From Oopsacas minuta (taxonomy: Eukaryota; Animalia; Porifera): a stretch of DNA of 64,000 nucleotides. Positions 62,267-64,000 of the stretch are shown here, in pieces. The translations under genes were made by a program, and so were the position numbers. Under the pieces are notes generated by a model. The model was not told the DNA's origin, did not search any database, and saw nothing but the letters and a program-made list of their open reading frames with translations. Position 1 is the first letter of the stretch. Each line of letters opens with the position of its first letter. The stretch is from the NCBI GenBank assembly GCA_024704765.1, contig JAKMXF010000003.1:1-64000 (forward strand), in the 5' to 3' direction.

Positions 62267-64000
62267 ATGACATTCACACGATTTGGTGGTCAAGATTACA
62301 ACGCTTTAAAAAAGCAAACTCGACAAACAAATACATTATTCGAAGATCCCACTTTTGGAGCGGTGGAGAGTTCCCTCTACCCTTGCGCCTCAAATGAGAA
62401 GCGGGACGTAGTTTGGAAACGGCCAGGAGAGATCACAGATAACCCGCGCTTATTCGTGGACGGTACTGATAGTGATGACGTCATTCAGGGGTGTCTAGGT
62501 AACTGTTGGTTCGCGGCAGCTTTGGCAACTTTAGCCAAAAATAAAAAATTGTTGGATTTGGTGATTCCTAACATAAAACATCAGGAATGGGTGCATTCCA
62601 CTGAGGCGACAGTTGATGGGGAGTCTAAGATACAAGTAACACCTCGTTATGGCGGTATTTTTAAGTTCAGGTTCTGGAGGATGGGAGGTTGGATAGAAGT
62701 AATTGTTGATGATCGTCTTCCAGTTGTCGATGGTAAACTCATTTACATTCATAGTCGTGAGGAAAATGAATTCTGGAGTGCATTAGTTGAAAAGGCGTAT
62801 GCCAAATTGAATAGTTGCTACGAGTCCTTGCGTACTGGATCCCCGGGTGAAGCCCTTGTAGATTTTACTGGAGGCATAAATGAAACTATAAAACTTCCTG
62901 ATAGTATTTCGCCAAAGGAATTGGATATTATATTCCAAAAGTTGATTGATGTACAGAAAAACCATGCATTAATAGTAGCATCCATTCATGACCCTGATGG
63001 CGAACAAAAAACGCTCCCGCAAGGTCTAGTGACTGGACACACGTACTCTCTAACAAATATCCATGACATGAGGTTAAATAGAGGACTGTTTGCCATTTTC
63101 AAAAGGGAGCGCATGGCAATGATCCGATTACGTAACCCATGGGGGGAGTTAGAGTGGACCGGTCCATGGTCTGATGGGTCTGAAGAGTGGACTAAGATTC
63201 CAGAAACGGAGAAAAATGACATGGGTCTAGTTTTCACGGACGATGGTGAATTTTGGATGGAAATGACTGATTTTGTCCAGTTTTTCAGTTCAATCGATAT
63301 TTGCGAAGTTTTTAACACTAACATTTTCAATTTTTCGAAAACTTGGGTAGAATTTTCGACAGCTGGACAATGGAATCAGCGCTCTGCAGGTGGTGGAATG
63401 GCGCACGATAGTTTTGTAACTAACCCACAATATTTGATTTCGATAAAGCATAATAAAGGAAGAGAAGGGAACGTTGATTTCGTCTGCCACTTGACTCAAC
63501 AACCTTGGCTGACCAAGGAACCCGATGATATTGCTTCCCCTGCCAGAGCTCCAGGAGAGAGCGTCGAAGCAAGTGAAGGTACTCAACTTATAGTACAAGG
63601 GCCTGCCCAAAAGATCAGCCACTACCCAATAGGCATAACTTTGATTCGCGCCGAGCACAACAGGGAATACCGTATGCACAAGAAACGCGAGCCAATTGAA
63701 ACTACAGTATATTTCAATAGTAGGGATACGTTTACCAAAGTCACGCTCCATGAGGGCAAATACATTATGATCCCAAATACCTCTGAACCTGGTCAAACTG
63801 GTGATTATTTCCTTCGCTCCTTTTCTGACCGAAAAATCGTTATAACTGAACTAGTGAGACATCATCCTATTGGCATTTGGTATAAATGTATTTCACAACC
63901 ACAATTCACGGTACTTGTTGACTTAGAAAAGGCAGAAGGGCTTCTCAAACAGGATCAAATCGGCGGTGCAGATCCCTATTGCATTCTTACCCTAGGCAAA
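62267..64000 (+). CDS. CAPN5: Calpain-5 (TRA-3 type) cysteine protease, runs off the window end
   Basis: Absent from the ORF track because there is no stop in the window. Frame from ATG 62267 reads QDYNALKK..LFEDP..WKRP..QGCLGNCWF (Cys), GHTYS (His), RLRNPWG (Asn), domain III, then the start of a C2 domain (ADPYC). Confidence 0.9.
   Translation, partial: MTFTRFGGQDYNALKKQTRQTNTLFEDPTFGAVESSLYPCASNEKRDVVWKRPGEITDNPRLFVDGTDSDDVIQGCLGNCWFAAALATLAKNKKLLDLVIPNIKHQEWVHSTEATVDGESKIQVTPRYGGIFKFRFWRMGGWIEVIVDDRLPVVDGKLIYIHSREENEFWSALVEKAYAKLNSCYESLRTGSPGEALVDFTGGINETIKLPDSISPKELDIIFQKLIDVQKNHALIVASIHDPDGEQKTLPQGLVTGHTYSLTNIHDMRLNRGLFAIFKRERMAMIRLRNPWGELEWTGPWSDGSEEWTKIPETEKNDMGLVFTDDGEFWMEMTDFVQFFSSIDICEVFNTNIFNFSKTWVEFSTAGQWNQRSAGGGMAHDSFVTNPQYLISIKHNKGREGNVDFVCHLTQQPWLTKEPDDIASPARAPGESVEASEGTQLIVQGPAQKISHYPIGITLIRAEHNREYRMHKKREPIETTVYFNSRDTFTKVTLHEGKYIMIPNTSEPGQTGDYFLRSFSDRKIVITELVRHHPIGIWYKCISQPQFTVLVDLEKAEGLLKQDQIGGADPYCILTLGK

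Noticed and set aside
1-64000. CRISPR arrays, rRNA, tRNA, prokaryotic operons, transposase or retroelement ORFs
   Set aside because: None seen; repeats are microsatellites, MITEs or coding-domain repeats, and the genes are spliceosomal-intron eukaryotic genes.

Overview
This is AT-rich, gene-dense eukaryotic (animal) DNA with short GT-AG introns, (AAAC)n-type microsatellites and many small MITEs. Gene content and compactness resemble an early-branching metazoan such as a glass sponge (Oopsacas-like); that is an inference and was not verified. About 21 protein genes are supported: TIGAR-like phosphatase, Ro60, PRDM9-like, orphan 7TM, pitchfork/LEXM-like, SmD2, EGF-rich adhesion GPCR, multi-PDZ IL16/PDZD2-like, two ARFs, RUN+DEF8/PLEKHM-like, BBS2, RINT1, NHL-like, PEX12, class-F-like receptor, a giant classical-type cadherin, RPS2, eIF3F, a tetraspanin and calpain-5 (truncated by the window end). 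Many ORF-track entries are exon fragments or antisense shadows. Three intron-rich hosts (Ro60, multi-PDZ, BBS2) carry at least seven intronless genes in their introns, four on the same strand as the host. Best leads: (1) an intronless PRDM9-like gene inside a Ro60 intron, with half-KRAB-like motif, SSXRD-like motif, zinc knuckle, a SET domain retaining the three catalytic tyrosines and an 84-bp zinc-finger repeat; (2) a pro-IL-16-like multi-PDZ protein with an ESTD|S caspase-type site at the IL-16-like distance from a final PDZ domain, which is encoded 5 kb away beyond three nested genes; (3) a Frizzled/Smoothened-like receptor without a CRD; (4) a pre-miRNA-like hairpin; (5) strong enrichment of the T-box motif TCACACCT and a mosaic CpG pattern. 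All homology calls are from motif recognition and recalled sequences, not database searches.
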